DNA of 64,000 nt from Vicugna vicugna (taxonomy: Eukaryota). The stretch spans positions 444,753-508,752 of the forward strand of contig MU057560.1 of NCBI GenBank assembly GCA_013265495.1, in the 5' to 3' direction. The notes beneath the pieces were generated by a model. It made no database searches, had not been told where the DNA came from, and saw nothing but the letters and a program-made list of their open reading frames with translations. The position numbers were made by a program, and so were the translations under genes. This document shows, one piece after another, positions 51,134 to 62,559 of this stretch (within the stretch, counting starts at the first letter, position 1; the number at the start of each line of letters is the position of its first letter).

Positions 51134-51529
51134 GAAGACTCCTCACATGGAAACATTTTTCTATTACATCTGAAAACCAAAACTTTACCATTTATGTGTA
51201 GAACGTGGCATGATGATACTTCTGAGCCACTGAAAAATCAACAAATAAGCAAAACCAAAATTGCATTTTGTAGATTTTTTTAAAAGGCAACGTGTTGAAC
51301 TGTTCTTATCATATAGGTGTTATTTTAAATGTCCCCAAATCACTTAAAACAATGCTAATGACAGCATGTGTACTCTGTTTACATTGCCTTTTAAGATCAC
51401 AGGGGTATAAAGGAACAGCAGACTCTTGGGTCTCAAGGATCTGCCCTTTGACTTGAGTTTCAAAAAATAAAAATAGCTCAACACAGACAGGAAGAGAAGG
51501 AGCAGTTTTATTGGTAGACATTTTACTGG

Positions 51530-51695
51530 TGTCTTGTTTAATCTCATCTTAAATAACTCTCAGAAATAAGCCCTGCTGTTCCCACCTGACATCTGCACGA
51601 CACTGAGCATCCGTGAAATGAAATAATTCACCAAAAGTCATCAATAAAATCGGAAGACCCAGGATCCAAAACCATGACCCTCTGACTTCAATGGC
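51530..51695 (-). mobile_element. MIR SINE
   Basis: atctcatcttaaataactctcagaaataag...caggatccaaaaccatgaccctctgacttcaa. Confidence 0.5.
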
Positions 51696-54299
51696 TCATC
51701 TCGTGTCTGTAAGCAGCTCCGGGTGTGCTGGTAAAGAGACGAGGTTTCCCGACTTGGATACTGAGCATCTCAAGAACTGGTTGCTCCAGACAGACAAGGA
51801 GGAAGACACCGAGCATTGTGGGTGAGGAAAACGCCTGTGAGCAAAGATGCGGGGCTGGAAAAGCACAGAGTCAGGGGAGAGCGTGGCCTCCACCAGCTTG
51901 GCTGAATCATTAAAAGTGCACGGAGACCATTTAACCACAGATTGTGAAGGACCCAATGACCAGGCACAAAGTTCATTTGTCAAAGACTGCAGAGGCATTA
52001 GACTCTTTAGAAGCAGAGCTCCCTGGAAGACGCACATCACAACTTGCAGGGTTTAAGAAAAAGCTACTTTTCTCACGGAGACAGGCGATGTGCCTTGTAC
52101 ACTGGTGCTTAAGAGAAGCAGGACATGTTGGGGGGGCAAGAGGATGCTGAACATTGTCTTTTAGCCTTTACTTTTGCTGTGCTTTTGGTTTGGCTTGATG
52201 TCCTGTGAGTGCCCAGGGACCGCGTGCCAAGCGGCGTCCCACCCCGTGTGCGCGCTGTTCGTGCTTCTCCGACGCCTCACGAGGCCTCACGGTGCCCCTT
52301 CCAGTGGCCGGTGGCCGCGCTGCGGACCCCGCGTGCCCCAGCCTGTGCCGCTGCTCGGGGCCGGGCTGCAGACTGAGGAGCGGGGGACAGGGAACGGGAC
52401 CAGAGCGCTGGGCGCAGGGACGAATCTCCCCTGACGCCAGAAGTGGCAGTTCAGACTTGGACATCTCAGCTCAGTGCTCGGAGGACCAGTGCGGGCGAAG
52501 AAATGAAGGACCCGCCCTCCCTGGGGGGCGAGAGTGTCATTCACTGCTTGTAAACCAGAAAACTGAGCGCAGCATGGACAACACGGGGCCAAAGAATGAC
52601 TGAGAATGAGTTCTCATCCCAGAGTCAGTGCCTGTTTAACACAAAATGATATCTTCCTTGTGCCTGTTTTATTTGAAATAGATCCTTGAGCCCGGGACCA
52701 AAATATTTTGAAGACTTGTGTTTATTTGAACAGTCACTGTCCTGGTTAGAACAAGGGAAAGTAATGCATGTTTCTACATTCAGGCACAAGCACAGAAAAT
52801 ATAAAAATAAAACAGTGGGACAAAAAGAATGTGACCATGAAGCCACATTCTAGGAGCATCTCTGTGTCCTTTTTGCAGAACAGACAGACGCCAGCTTTTG
52901 TCACACGGGTGTGACATGTTCTCTGCTCCACGTACTCTTCTCACTTGACTCTGGATAAACCTTAAGCTGAAACTGAGGCCAAGATGCATCCTGCGTGCAA
53001 ACGCTCCGTGGAGTGCTGTGCACCGCACGGCAACGTCCCGGAGTAAAGGTCTCGTTTCTGAAGCTAACAAGCCAGCTCCAAACAGCAGTGTCCCTTTGCC
53101 TAAGTCCTGCCAAAATGCCTGCGTGTCCACCGTGAGCACCACTGATCCCCAGGCTACGTTTCTCCTCTTTCATTTATCCCGGAAAATGAGAGAAATCTTC
53201 CTATACGTTTCCTAAGCTTCAATTATTTATTCAAACGTTTTCAAATTTGGCACAATCCCAAAGCACTTTTTTTTTTTTTGCCAACAATCCTCTCTCTCTT
53301 CCCCACCCCCCCAAGCCCCATGTGTATTTTAAGCAAATTCTCCTCCATATGGTCCTCATTTCTGGTCTCTTAATTCATCTCTATGTTGTTCTGTTTGTTA
53401 TTTGATATCTTTTTCTTTAGGTTTATATTAAGGATTGTATGCTTATTGGGGAAAGGAGGTTTCATATCAAGGGCTATATACCTTTTCTGTCTGTTTGTTT
53501 CCAAAAAGAAAGCCTTACTTAACAGGATGGAAAGGAATGTTAATGAATTTGAGCATCTCTTCATTCACACTGGCCTCACGACGCTAGGCCTGGAACAGGC
53601 TGGCCGTGAGCGGTGTCTCATTTGGGTCTCCCACTGGCCCTGCGGAGAGGTCGCTTCCCTCGCTTCTCAGGTGGACCCACAGAAGAGAGAACACCTGAGG
53701 CATAAGGGAATTCATGATTTGGACCACTCTACCTGCCAAAGCCCAGTCTTCCCGTTTACCCCACTACCTGCTACCACATCTAATGTGGAAGTAAGGCAAG
53801 CATTTTATGTATGTATATTTGTTTATAGTCCAGATAAAATGTGCTACATTTTCTCTTTGGGAAGATTCCAGCCAAAATCTTTGCTCCTTTCTGGAGAGAT
53901 GTATTTTTCAATATCCTTGTTGGAAAATCAGTCCCAATTTATCTCCTCCATTCGTTCTTCCAAGAGACCCTCAGTTTCTCAACAGAAGACCACCCATCAT
54001 TTGCTACCCTGGAGACCTCTTGGAACAGCAGGAAACTGGGCATAGAGATTCGTTCCTTCCTTTTCCTGGAACTTTTTGCTACCTGTTAAAAATCCAACCA
54101 ACCAAACAACAATAACAACAAAAACTACCTAAAACCATAAGTGATATTAAAGAGATGCTAAAGCAAGTGGTCTCCACAGTAATGGCTGCAGAAGTCAGGG
54201 GAGGGCAAGTTTTAATACTTCATCCCATGCTCTTGATGTAATAGGTTCTGTGCTCCCTGGTCTCAGTGTCTTTATCTTCTAAATGGGCATAATGGCACA

Positions 54300-55131
54300 T
54301 GATTCTGGTCACCAATCCCAGTGTGGGAGGGTATTTCCACACCACCAAGCAGTTCTCAAACGCCAGCTAGTTGTCCCACAATCCAACTCAGTTCTGACAC
54401 TGCTGACCTAGAGGAGGTGTCGGACCCCGCAGGTCAAGGGCTCAGTCCTACGAGACTGCTCCCTCCCCCACCACTTCAGATGCCAAGTGCAAGTCCAAAC
54501 TGTCACCTGCGCTTCTGGCCAACTGGCTGTAGATGGGAGGTTCCAACAACTCCCTCCTCGGCTTCCCTAATTTGCTCACAGAACTCAGAGAAACATTTTC
54601 CTTACTAGATTATCAGTTCATTATAAAAGGATGTAACTCAGGAACAGCTGGATGGAGAAGAGGCACAGGGCAAGGTGCAGGGAAGGGTGTGGGGACCCCA
54701 TGCTCTCTGACAGGCCACTCCCCCTGCATAGCTACTCTTCACAGACCCAGAAGCTCCCCAAACCCTCCCCTTTTGGGTTTTTACGGAGGTTTCATTGCAT
54801 AGGCATGATTGATTAAATCATTGGCCATTGGTCATTGATCTAACCTCCAGTCCCCCTCCAGCTTCCAGTGGTCCAAGGGATGGCAGTAGAAGTCTTAACC
54901 CTTTAAGCGTGTGATTGGGTCTCTAGGCAGTCAGCCCCCATCCCTGAGTGTTTCCAAAAGTCACCTCATTAACGTAACCAAAGACACCCTTATCACTCTC
55001 TTCACTTAGGAAATCCCAAGGGTTTGGGAGCTTTGTACAAGAAACAAAGACCATATATGCATATATGTAGATGAATGGCCTTATGCACTTATACATACAC
55101 ACATATAATAATTGTAAGTTGCAGCATCACA
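54300..55131 (-). mobile_element. MER21C-like solo LTR
   Basis: aattcaactcagttctgacact-like motif, gggctcagtcctacgagactgc, gattgattaaatcattggccattggt, cttaggaaatcccaagggtttgggagct; ends in ...catcaca. Confidence 0.88.
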
Positions 55132-55454
55132 TGGGCCTCACTTTCTTTGCAAAGGCATGAGATCAACTCAGGGAAAACAAATGCCAGCACTTTGGTGGTT
55201 GACGGTGTGATGCTCACGGGAATGGAGGCACGGATGCTGCCTTGGAACTCTCAGCACCCCCTGGGCTGTGGTTCTACAATGAGGCCTCCCTGGAAAGCCG
55301 CCCTGAGGTTCTCAACTGTGTGCATTTTTAGAGTCAGAAATATTTCCACAAAACTTCTTAAGGGTGTCCAAGGATATGACTCTTGGGCACAGAAGGGCTC
55401 TTCTACAAAGGAGCCCTTTTCCAAAGAGCTTGCTGTTGTCATTGGGAAAGGCTG

Positions 55455-55900
55455 AAGGGACCGTCCACTTGGCAGATGAAACCGAGGCTCAGAGCAGGGA
55501 AGTGACTTGGTTTCCTGCCCTCCGCGACTCGGAGCTCTAGGCAGAGACAGACACACAGTCATGGCACAGCCGAATGGACACGCAAGTTCTGAAAAACACA
55601 AGGTGACCATGACTGGCCTCAGAAAATAATTATTTCACACATAATTCGGAAGATATACTGAAGCTATGGCAGTGAGCCTAAGAGTAATAATAGTGCGTAG
55701 CATCTACTGGGGGTAAGCCATGTGAAAAGAGTTTGCTGAACACCCCGCATGAGACATGGGAAGAACCCCTCCCACACTGCTTGGGGAGTACAGCCTTGAT
55801 GACAGGGAACGTGGCGCTTTGGTGGTAAAGCAAGTGTCCTTGCTTACGGGGCCGGTGGGGAGCCAAGCTTAGACTCCAGTCTGGGTCTACCATGATTCCA
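55455..55900 (-). mobile_element. Two MIR fragments (about 55455-55530 and 55685-55900)
   Basis: gcagatgaaaccgaggctcagagcagggaagtgacttg; taataatagtgcgtagcatctactgggg. Confidence 0.5.
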
Positions 55901-56009
55901 GCATCCTTGTGTTTCGCTTCTATGCCTCCTACTCCTGTAGGGATGAGAGCTGGAATGGGGAGTGGAGGCTTTATGTTGTAGTTAGAAGTCGGGGCATGCA
56001 CGTCATGCT

Positions 56010-56330
56010 TAAGTTACCACGGCAGCTGAATATTCCAATTACACTCTTGCTATGTTTCAAACACGAACATGATTTGTGTAGGTTGGTTTACACAGGAGTG
56101 ACATTCAATAAAGGAAATATGTTCCTTGATCTTTGATTTGCGTAACAAGCAGCTTTCAGCTTTCAGTTTTATTAATTGCTCTGAAAACCTACAATTTAGG
56201 TAAAACTAATTACATTTGATTTTCCTCATTTGGTTAGTTCTCATTTAATATAAGCGGGATTGAAAGCAATCACTCTCATTTATATGTGTCATATATGATA
56301 TGACAATAGGAAATACCAGGAGACATCTAT
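56010..56330. promoter_or_regulatory. Candidate conserved non-coding element
   Basis: AT-rich unique block with TCF CTTTGAT 56131-56137, C/EBP-like TTGCGTAA 56138-56145, TAATT cores at 56173 and 56207, and inverted TGACA pair 56287-56305. Confidence 0.4.
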
Positions 56331-58234
56331 CCACTCCTTCAAAATTAGATCTAACCTGATTTCTAATGAGGGGTTTGCTCTTGCAAGTAATTGCCTTGAC
56401 AAGTCTTTTCTTTCAGGAATCAATACTTTTTTCCCTATTTCTTTTTAAAAGCCAATTTCTTAGCCTTCTGGCACCTTTTGTATCTTCTACAACAAGGAGC
56501 AACCAATGTTAATTTTACGACGAGTGCATGTTATGAAGTTCACACTTTGATCAAGAGAGACATGGTGTTTGTCACCCCAGGGGGTGGTGAGCCTTGGCAG
56601 AGAAGGAGTTAATGGGCAGGGGGAGGGCCTGTGTTCAAAACAAGAGCTCACTGTGAGCTGTCACGCTGTGTCTGAGATTTTGACGACAGTGACAAACATA
56701 GTCTGAACTCCTTAATCCCTGTTAGATGTGCAACTCAGAAGTCAGAGATCCAAGAGCGTGGCCAAGACCTAAGATATAAAGAGGAAACCAGACACCAAAA
56801 CGGAGGCGGGAGGTCAGACACAAGGGGCCTGCAAGTCTTCCCACGCGGTGCCATCTTCCTGGAACGCCCGAGAAGTGACTACACACTCCGGGACATACAT
56901 GGAGGACATTCCCCAAAGCCACACCCATTTGGGAGCAAAACAAAATCACATTTACAGGGAGAAAGGAGCTTAGATTTGCCAATCATACTCAGAATTGTCA
57001 GAGCCCAGCCTTACTCAGAGCCGTCTTACAGGAAGTCTCGGGAAATACGACCCAAGGAAACAAAGAGCCTCGGGCATCGTTACCATCCACCTCATGGCAC
57101 CTCCTGTGCAGCGTTTTCTCCAAGATGTGGCGAATGATTGGGGCCAGATGGTGCATCTCTGCCAGGTTCATTTGCCCCTTAGTAAATGGCGATAAGCAGC
57201 TCCTCTCACGCAAGGCAGTGGAGAGGTTTGTAGACAGTGATGTGTGTGGAGCCCTGACGCGGAGCGGATGCGCACATTTGGCAGACGAGGAGCCTGTCCC
57301 CTCCCTCCTCCCCTTTGTTGACGTCTACTCCAAAGAGCAGCTCAGAAGCCACCAGAAGCGGAAAGAAGGCCATGTCCTCGCTGCCCTCCTTTATAACACA
57401 AGCTTTCTCACATGAGCTAGCACAGGCTCCTACCTGAATGCCTTTAGCTTCTCCGAGCCACCATGGGCTGGCCAGCAAGCTCTGCCTTCACCATATCTGA
57501 GTATCCGAGAAAGGTCGTTTAAGAGATGGAACCTGAATCACAGGTACAGAAACTCCAGGTGATTTAGTCTCAGGCTTGCAGGGAGAACCTTCCGTCTTCC
57601 TACTCTGATAGCGGCGCATGTGTCCCTTCCTTCCTTCCAATGACACGATGAAGCCCCACATGGCCCAGAGCCTCTGCATCAGCAACTCACGGCCACTGAT
57701 GCTGCAGATCCACGTGCATGTGCGCCGCCCGGCTCGGGGAGGGGACCAAGAAAGCTTGTCGCCCTTGATTACTGGCCCTATCCCGGCGCTAGAGAAATGA
57801 GAGGTGAAGAACCACCTGGCGAGAAGGTCTGATGCAGCTGCAGCATCCCGGCCACCTTGCTCCCTCCCCGCCAGCGCTCCGCCTGGGGTCCTGAGGCGCA
57901 CTTTCAACAGAACATCTTTTCCAACCAATGCTCCACTTAGAGACATGGAACACTCTCAGGCTCCACCAGAAAACCATCCTTTACTGAGAAGGGAGAAAGA
58001 ACAGACAGAGTTGTCTGGATGGAGTTTTCATCGGACAACACGTTGTAGTCAGAACATCCAGGGTCCGGGCGTGGGAAACTCGGCTGCTGAGCCTGGCTTG
58101 TCCACCACGAGCTGTGGGGCCCCAGTTGTGGTTTCCCGGACTTTTCAGGGGAAAAGTTACAGAGGATGCATCCACGCACCACCCCGTCTGAAGTCCCAGA
58201 TGCACGTTACCGAGCTGCGAGGACCCAGGGCTTG

Positions 58235-58400
58235 GAGTCCCAGGAGTGGTTCAAGCCCAGCTCCGCCACTTTCCTACAAGTCACCAAACCTCTTCTGAGT
58301 TTACAAGCGAAACAGGAACAATCAGAGTGCCTCATAGCTAGGGTTATTTTGAGGATTAAATAAAATAATGTAGTCGCAGTATTTAGCTCAGTGGTTGGCC
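58235..58400 (+). mobile_element. MIR SINE
   Basis: ggttcaagcccagctccgccactt...gggttattttgaggattaaataaaataatgta. Confidence 0.7.
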
Positions 58401-58899
58401 TATTTAAAATTTAAAAACTATACTTATGATGGCTTATAGGAGCTGCTGGACTGTTGGTCTCTGCTCATAAATACAGAAATAGAATAGCTTTAAAAATCGG
58501 TTGTTTACTAGAGACACTGAACATGTTGAGAAAGATGTGAGGAGTCCACTGCTGCAAATGCTCTTGCTTGGCTATGTCAGGAAAGGAACAGAAATAAATA
58601 AACAAACAGATAAAACCAATCAGCAGGAACCCAGCACAGCAGTGCTGGCCCTGCAGACCCGGCAGCTCCTGGGCCCTGCCCAGGCTTCCGTGAGTGGACA
58701 CTGGCTTCTCTGTTCTTTCAGGGTTTCCCTCGCCAGCAGGTCTGCTCAACTCACATCAGCAACTCGTAGAAAACCCCATTTACAGTCAACCTGCAGAGAA
58801 AAGCCAAAGGAAAGAGTCAGTGCAATTAACCCAGAGTGAAATCCTGCTTCAGAGAAAAAAGAAAAATTCTCCCACTCTATTCTTGGATTTATAGCTCAA

Positions 58900-59100
58900 G
58901 GTTTTCACTGTAATGGCTCTTGTAAATTAATTGCAGACACAATTGTCTACGGGCATTCTCAGAATAAGTGGCAAGTAGTTAATTGCACCCCGAATTAGCC
59001 AATTCGGCCGATAATTAACCATTTGAAGACAATTAACTGCATGCATACTATTTGCACCTGCAACTAATTGGAGCCCCTTATATTGTTCCTGGAAGAAATA
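58900..59100. promoter_or_regulatory. Candidate homeodomain-site-dense enhancer
   Basis: Six TAATT/AATTA cores in about 150 bp plus perfect inverted repeat CCGAATT-agcc-AATTCGG (58990-59007). Confidence 0.55.
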
Positions 59101-59789
59101 AATAAATAACAACAACAACAAAAAAAACCAGAGGCCACTCTTAAACCCTGGTTTATGGTCCAAGGTTCCCTAGAGCTGAGGAAACGCTCATCTGTGTTCC
59201 AGCTGCCTTCATGGAGAAGCAATTTTAAATCAGCCCTGACTAGCTAGGTTTGCAGGATGTCATTTTATGCTTTTTTGCCCTTTTTTTCTTCCTCCCCATT
59301 ATTAACGTGAACTTCAACTTAATTTCTTCAATTATCTAATCAAAAAATTTCAGGCTATCCAGGTCTGAAAAAATTAAAACATCCCACATATTGAAATACT
59401 GGTGTTGTTTTAAGAGAAAGGATAAATTCTCTTATCTTTGCTGGATGGGCTGCCTAAGTGCTCTCTTCGTCAGGAGGGGAGGAGCAAATGTCCCCCCCGA
59501 CCAGGAAGAATAACTACACAGGCGTCATTATTTCAGCCGCCGTTTGTGGAGGAGGATGCTGTGGATTATTGGCACAATCTCTTTTCACTCTCAAAAAAAT
59601 AAGTTGCTGTTAGTAATAATAGTAACAAGGACAAAATTAACAACCATGGCAGCAGTAATTCCAAGGTAGTAAATACTTATGCCTACCTTTAGCTAGCCTC
59701 ACTTGAATGGTTCTAAAATTCAAAAAAGGCGTTGTGTCCATGTTGTAGATGAAAAAAATTGTTCTTGGAGGCTGCCTAGTTTTCCTAAC

Positions 59790-59880
59790 TTTGGAGGAAC
59801 CATTAAACGTGCATAATTTAATCCATGTCAAGTGCTTAGCACAGTACTTAAGACACAGTCAGTGCTCAGTAAAGATTAGC
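59790..59880 (+). mobile_element. MIR 3' fragment
   Basis: atgtcaagtgcttagcacagtact...cagtcagtgctcagtaaagattagc. Confidence 0.65.
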
Positions 59881-59964
59881 AAGACATTTATATCCCTGTG
59901 AATTACTAAGTCTATCCTCTTCACATGGACAGGTTGTGGACAGAACTGTAAACCCAAAAGTTGA

Positions 59965-60200
59965 TATATGCTTAGTGTTCATGATGTGCTAGTTACTGTT
60001 CTAAGTGCAGCACAGGAAGCAAATCAAGTTAAACTGGGTAACAAAAGCATTCCCATTTTACAGATGCCAAAACTGAGGCGGAGAAATGTTAAATGACTTG
60101 TTCAACATGCACAGATGGCAAAGAGGTGAGATGAGGGATTCAAGTACAGACATTCTGGCTCTAAAACGTATGAATTTAGGTACTACACTATATTGCTTCT
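59965..60200 (-). mobile_element. MIR (MIRb-like), near complete
   Basis: cccattttacagatgccaaaactgaggcggagaaatgttaaatgacttgttcaac...ggattcaagtacagacattctggctctaaa. Confidence 0.85.
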
Positions 60201-60234
60201 AGTAACCTGGACAGATGGCTTTGTCTATAAAAAA

Positions 60235-60263
60235 TGTGTGTGTGTGTGTTTGTGTGTGTGTGT
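60235..60263. repeat. (TG)n microsatellite
   Basis: tgtgtgtgtgtgtgtttgtgtgtgtgtgt. Confidence 0.95.
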
Positions 60264-60295
60264 ACTTGATGGAGCTGTCTGTTAAAAATCAGTAA

Positions 60296-60469
60296 GGGAT
60301 GGGTGTAGCTCAGTGGTAGAGCACATGCTTAGCATGCACGAGGTCCTAGGGTCCATCCCCAGTACCTCCTTGCAAACAAATAAATAGATAAACCAAATTA
60401 CTTCCCCGCTCCAGCAAAATATATATTTTTTAATTTAAATAAGTAAATACAAATAAATATATTTATTTT
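60296..60469 (+). mobile_element. Camelid tRNA-derived SINE (Vic-1 type) with perfect TSD
   Basis: gtagctcagtggtagagcacatgcttagcatgcacgaggtcc...cccagtacctcc. ttaaaaatcagtaa is repeated at 60282-60295 and 60468-60481. Confidence 0.95.
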
Positions 60470-61100
60470 AAAAATCAGTAAATATAAAACCGGCCTGGAT
60501 GCTGAATGCTCGCTTTCTCAAATGACAGAAGAACTGTGGTGGTTTAGGAAGAGCAGTGAGTGGGAGGGAGGCTGGAGCCCCCTGCCCGAGGGTGAGTCGG
60601 GAAGGCGGCGCTCTCAACGACTCAAAAGCCATTTGTAGGTTTCGGGAGAGAAGCGGCTGAGGAAGGAGGTCAGGAGGAGAGACGCAGAGCTAGGCCAGGG
60701 GCCCGACCATGGCAGAGGGCCAGCAGCGAGGAGGGGCCGCGCAGGTGGCCCCTAGGGAGGCACGAGACACGGCATCAAGAGGCGAGGGGCTGTGCGGGGC
60801 CGAAAGGCCGCTCCCCCCAGCCCAGGGTCATCTGAGGCACCCGGCCCTGAATCAAGCTCAGTGGTCTTCCTGGTAGAGCGCTTTGCTCGCAGGGCTGGAC
60901 CGACCCCATGTTACACACTGAAAACCCTAGCGGCTGGTCTTTCGCCATCGTGAAAGACAGTTTAGGAGTGCCCGTTCAGCGAAGGATTAAGAGAACAAGG
61001 TTCAGGCCAACGGAGGAGGAGAGGAGGGTCCCAGTGGCCCGAGGTCGGCTCATCATCGCAATTCAGCACCAGAGCTGGCACGTGACCCCCGGCGGGCAGC

Positions 61101-61232
61101 GGGGAGAGTAGAGCTCAGGGTCAGGGGGTCTGCTAGCCTCCAGGAGGAGGTCCTGGGTTCGATCCCCAGTACCTCCTTCAAAATAAATAAATAAATCTAA
61201 TTACCTCCCTCCTCCTCCAAAAAAAGAAGAAA
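61101..61232 (+). mobile_element. Camelid tRNA-derived SINE (Vic-1 type) with diverged 5' head
   Basis: ggggagagtagagctcag...gaggtcctgggttcgatccccagtacctcc...aaataaataaatctaattacctccc. Confidence 0.88.
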
Positions 61233-62559
61233 CACAAACTTCAGGGGTATATAGGTTTTATCATGTGACAATGATATGCTTTAAAGATATCAGAAAATGT
61301 ATGTTTATTTTTTCCCCTATTTAAAAAAAACAAACAACTCCCCCAAAAACCTGAAACATGCTGTTGTCAACTTCACCAATAAAAATTTCAAACAAGACGG
61401 AACAAGTGACCCACTGCTAGGTCGCTTTATCATCTGGTGGACGTAAATTCATGAATCAGAATATTGAGAGGATGGTTCTTCAGGCAGACACAAATCCGAG
61501 CACCCCTTCCTTCAACTGCATTTTCTCAGCGTGTGCACAGAATGAAGGCGTTTTCTGAACGTCTCGCTGAATCAAGGCCCAGCACGTGTGCTCGCATGTC
61601 GGGATGCAGGCAGAGCCCACGCTCACCTTTCTTCCATTTTCTAGCGTAGTCCCTGGTCAACAAAAACAATTACGTTTAGTTTACTAGGCGCTCTTAGAAA
61701 CGCAGCTTTCTGCTGGGAAAGAAATCCTTACTTTCAAATCATCTGCTTAATAATCCACATTTTTTTTCCATGTGAGTGTGAAATGTATGGGTTCATATTC
61801 CATATTCCTTTCCTTTGCAACATACGAGCACGGTTCATACTATAATATCTGATGTTCACCTCGACTGTGTGGACATTGACAAATCGGCTTTGTCATCTAG
61901 CATGCAAGCCCTTTAGGGCCTTATAAGAGGGGTACCTTGGTCCCTGTGGTGATGACTCTTGTTGGCCCATTTTAGTTGGCCAAGAGATTTCATTTCACCC
62001 TGTGGAATCACCAGTTATAATCAACCATTATCTTCAGTTTCCTCACCAACAGGGTTTTGTTTTTTTTTTAACTCTTATGACTAAACGCATTTGTTAATAC
62101 CTCCCTCCCACATGGGATTTTAAACCCCCGTCTGTCTCCGGAGAAAACAGCAGCTTGTAGTTCCCGTGCATGGCAGGATTTGTCACTCACTGACCCCTGC
62201 AGCAACCGCTCTACCGTCTGACGCCTTCTCCCTATCATCCACCGAAACGTGAATTTAAAGCTTCCTTAATAAACTTGGCAAGCATTCCATTACATGCATG
62301 CTTTATGAAAGGGGATCAATATCCTGCCATCTTCTCTCTCCCCAAGTGGACGCTAGTTCCCCACGGTAGGGGCTTCTGGGGGCGGGGAAGGGATGGGGTC
62401 AGGAGAGGAGAGAGGATGGCGAGGAAAGGGGAAAAAAAAAAAGACTTAGCTTAGGTCAGGCTTCTAGTCTTATAAGCGTCTTACTTTTCCCCAGAGCTCC
62501 TCTGCTTCCATATTTATTCTCATTTTGGGTGTTACTATTCACGGAAACCTCTAGATCGC

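Noticed and set aside
53383-54045. 220-aa ORF as a gene
   Set aside because: F/L/C-rich composition typical of T-rich DNA; contains an antisense L1-like motif (gaatttgagcatctcttcat); no domain or splice context
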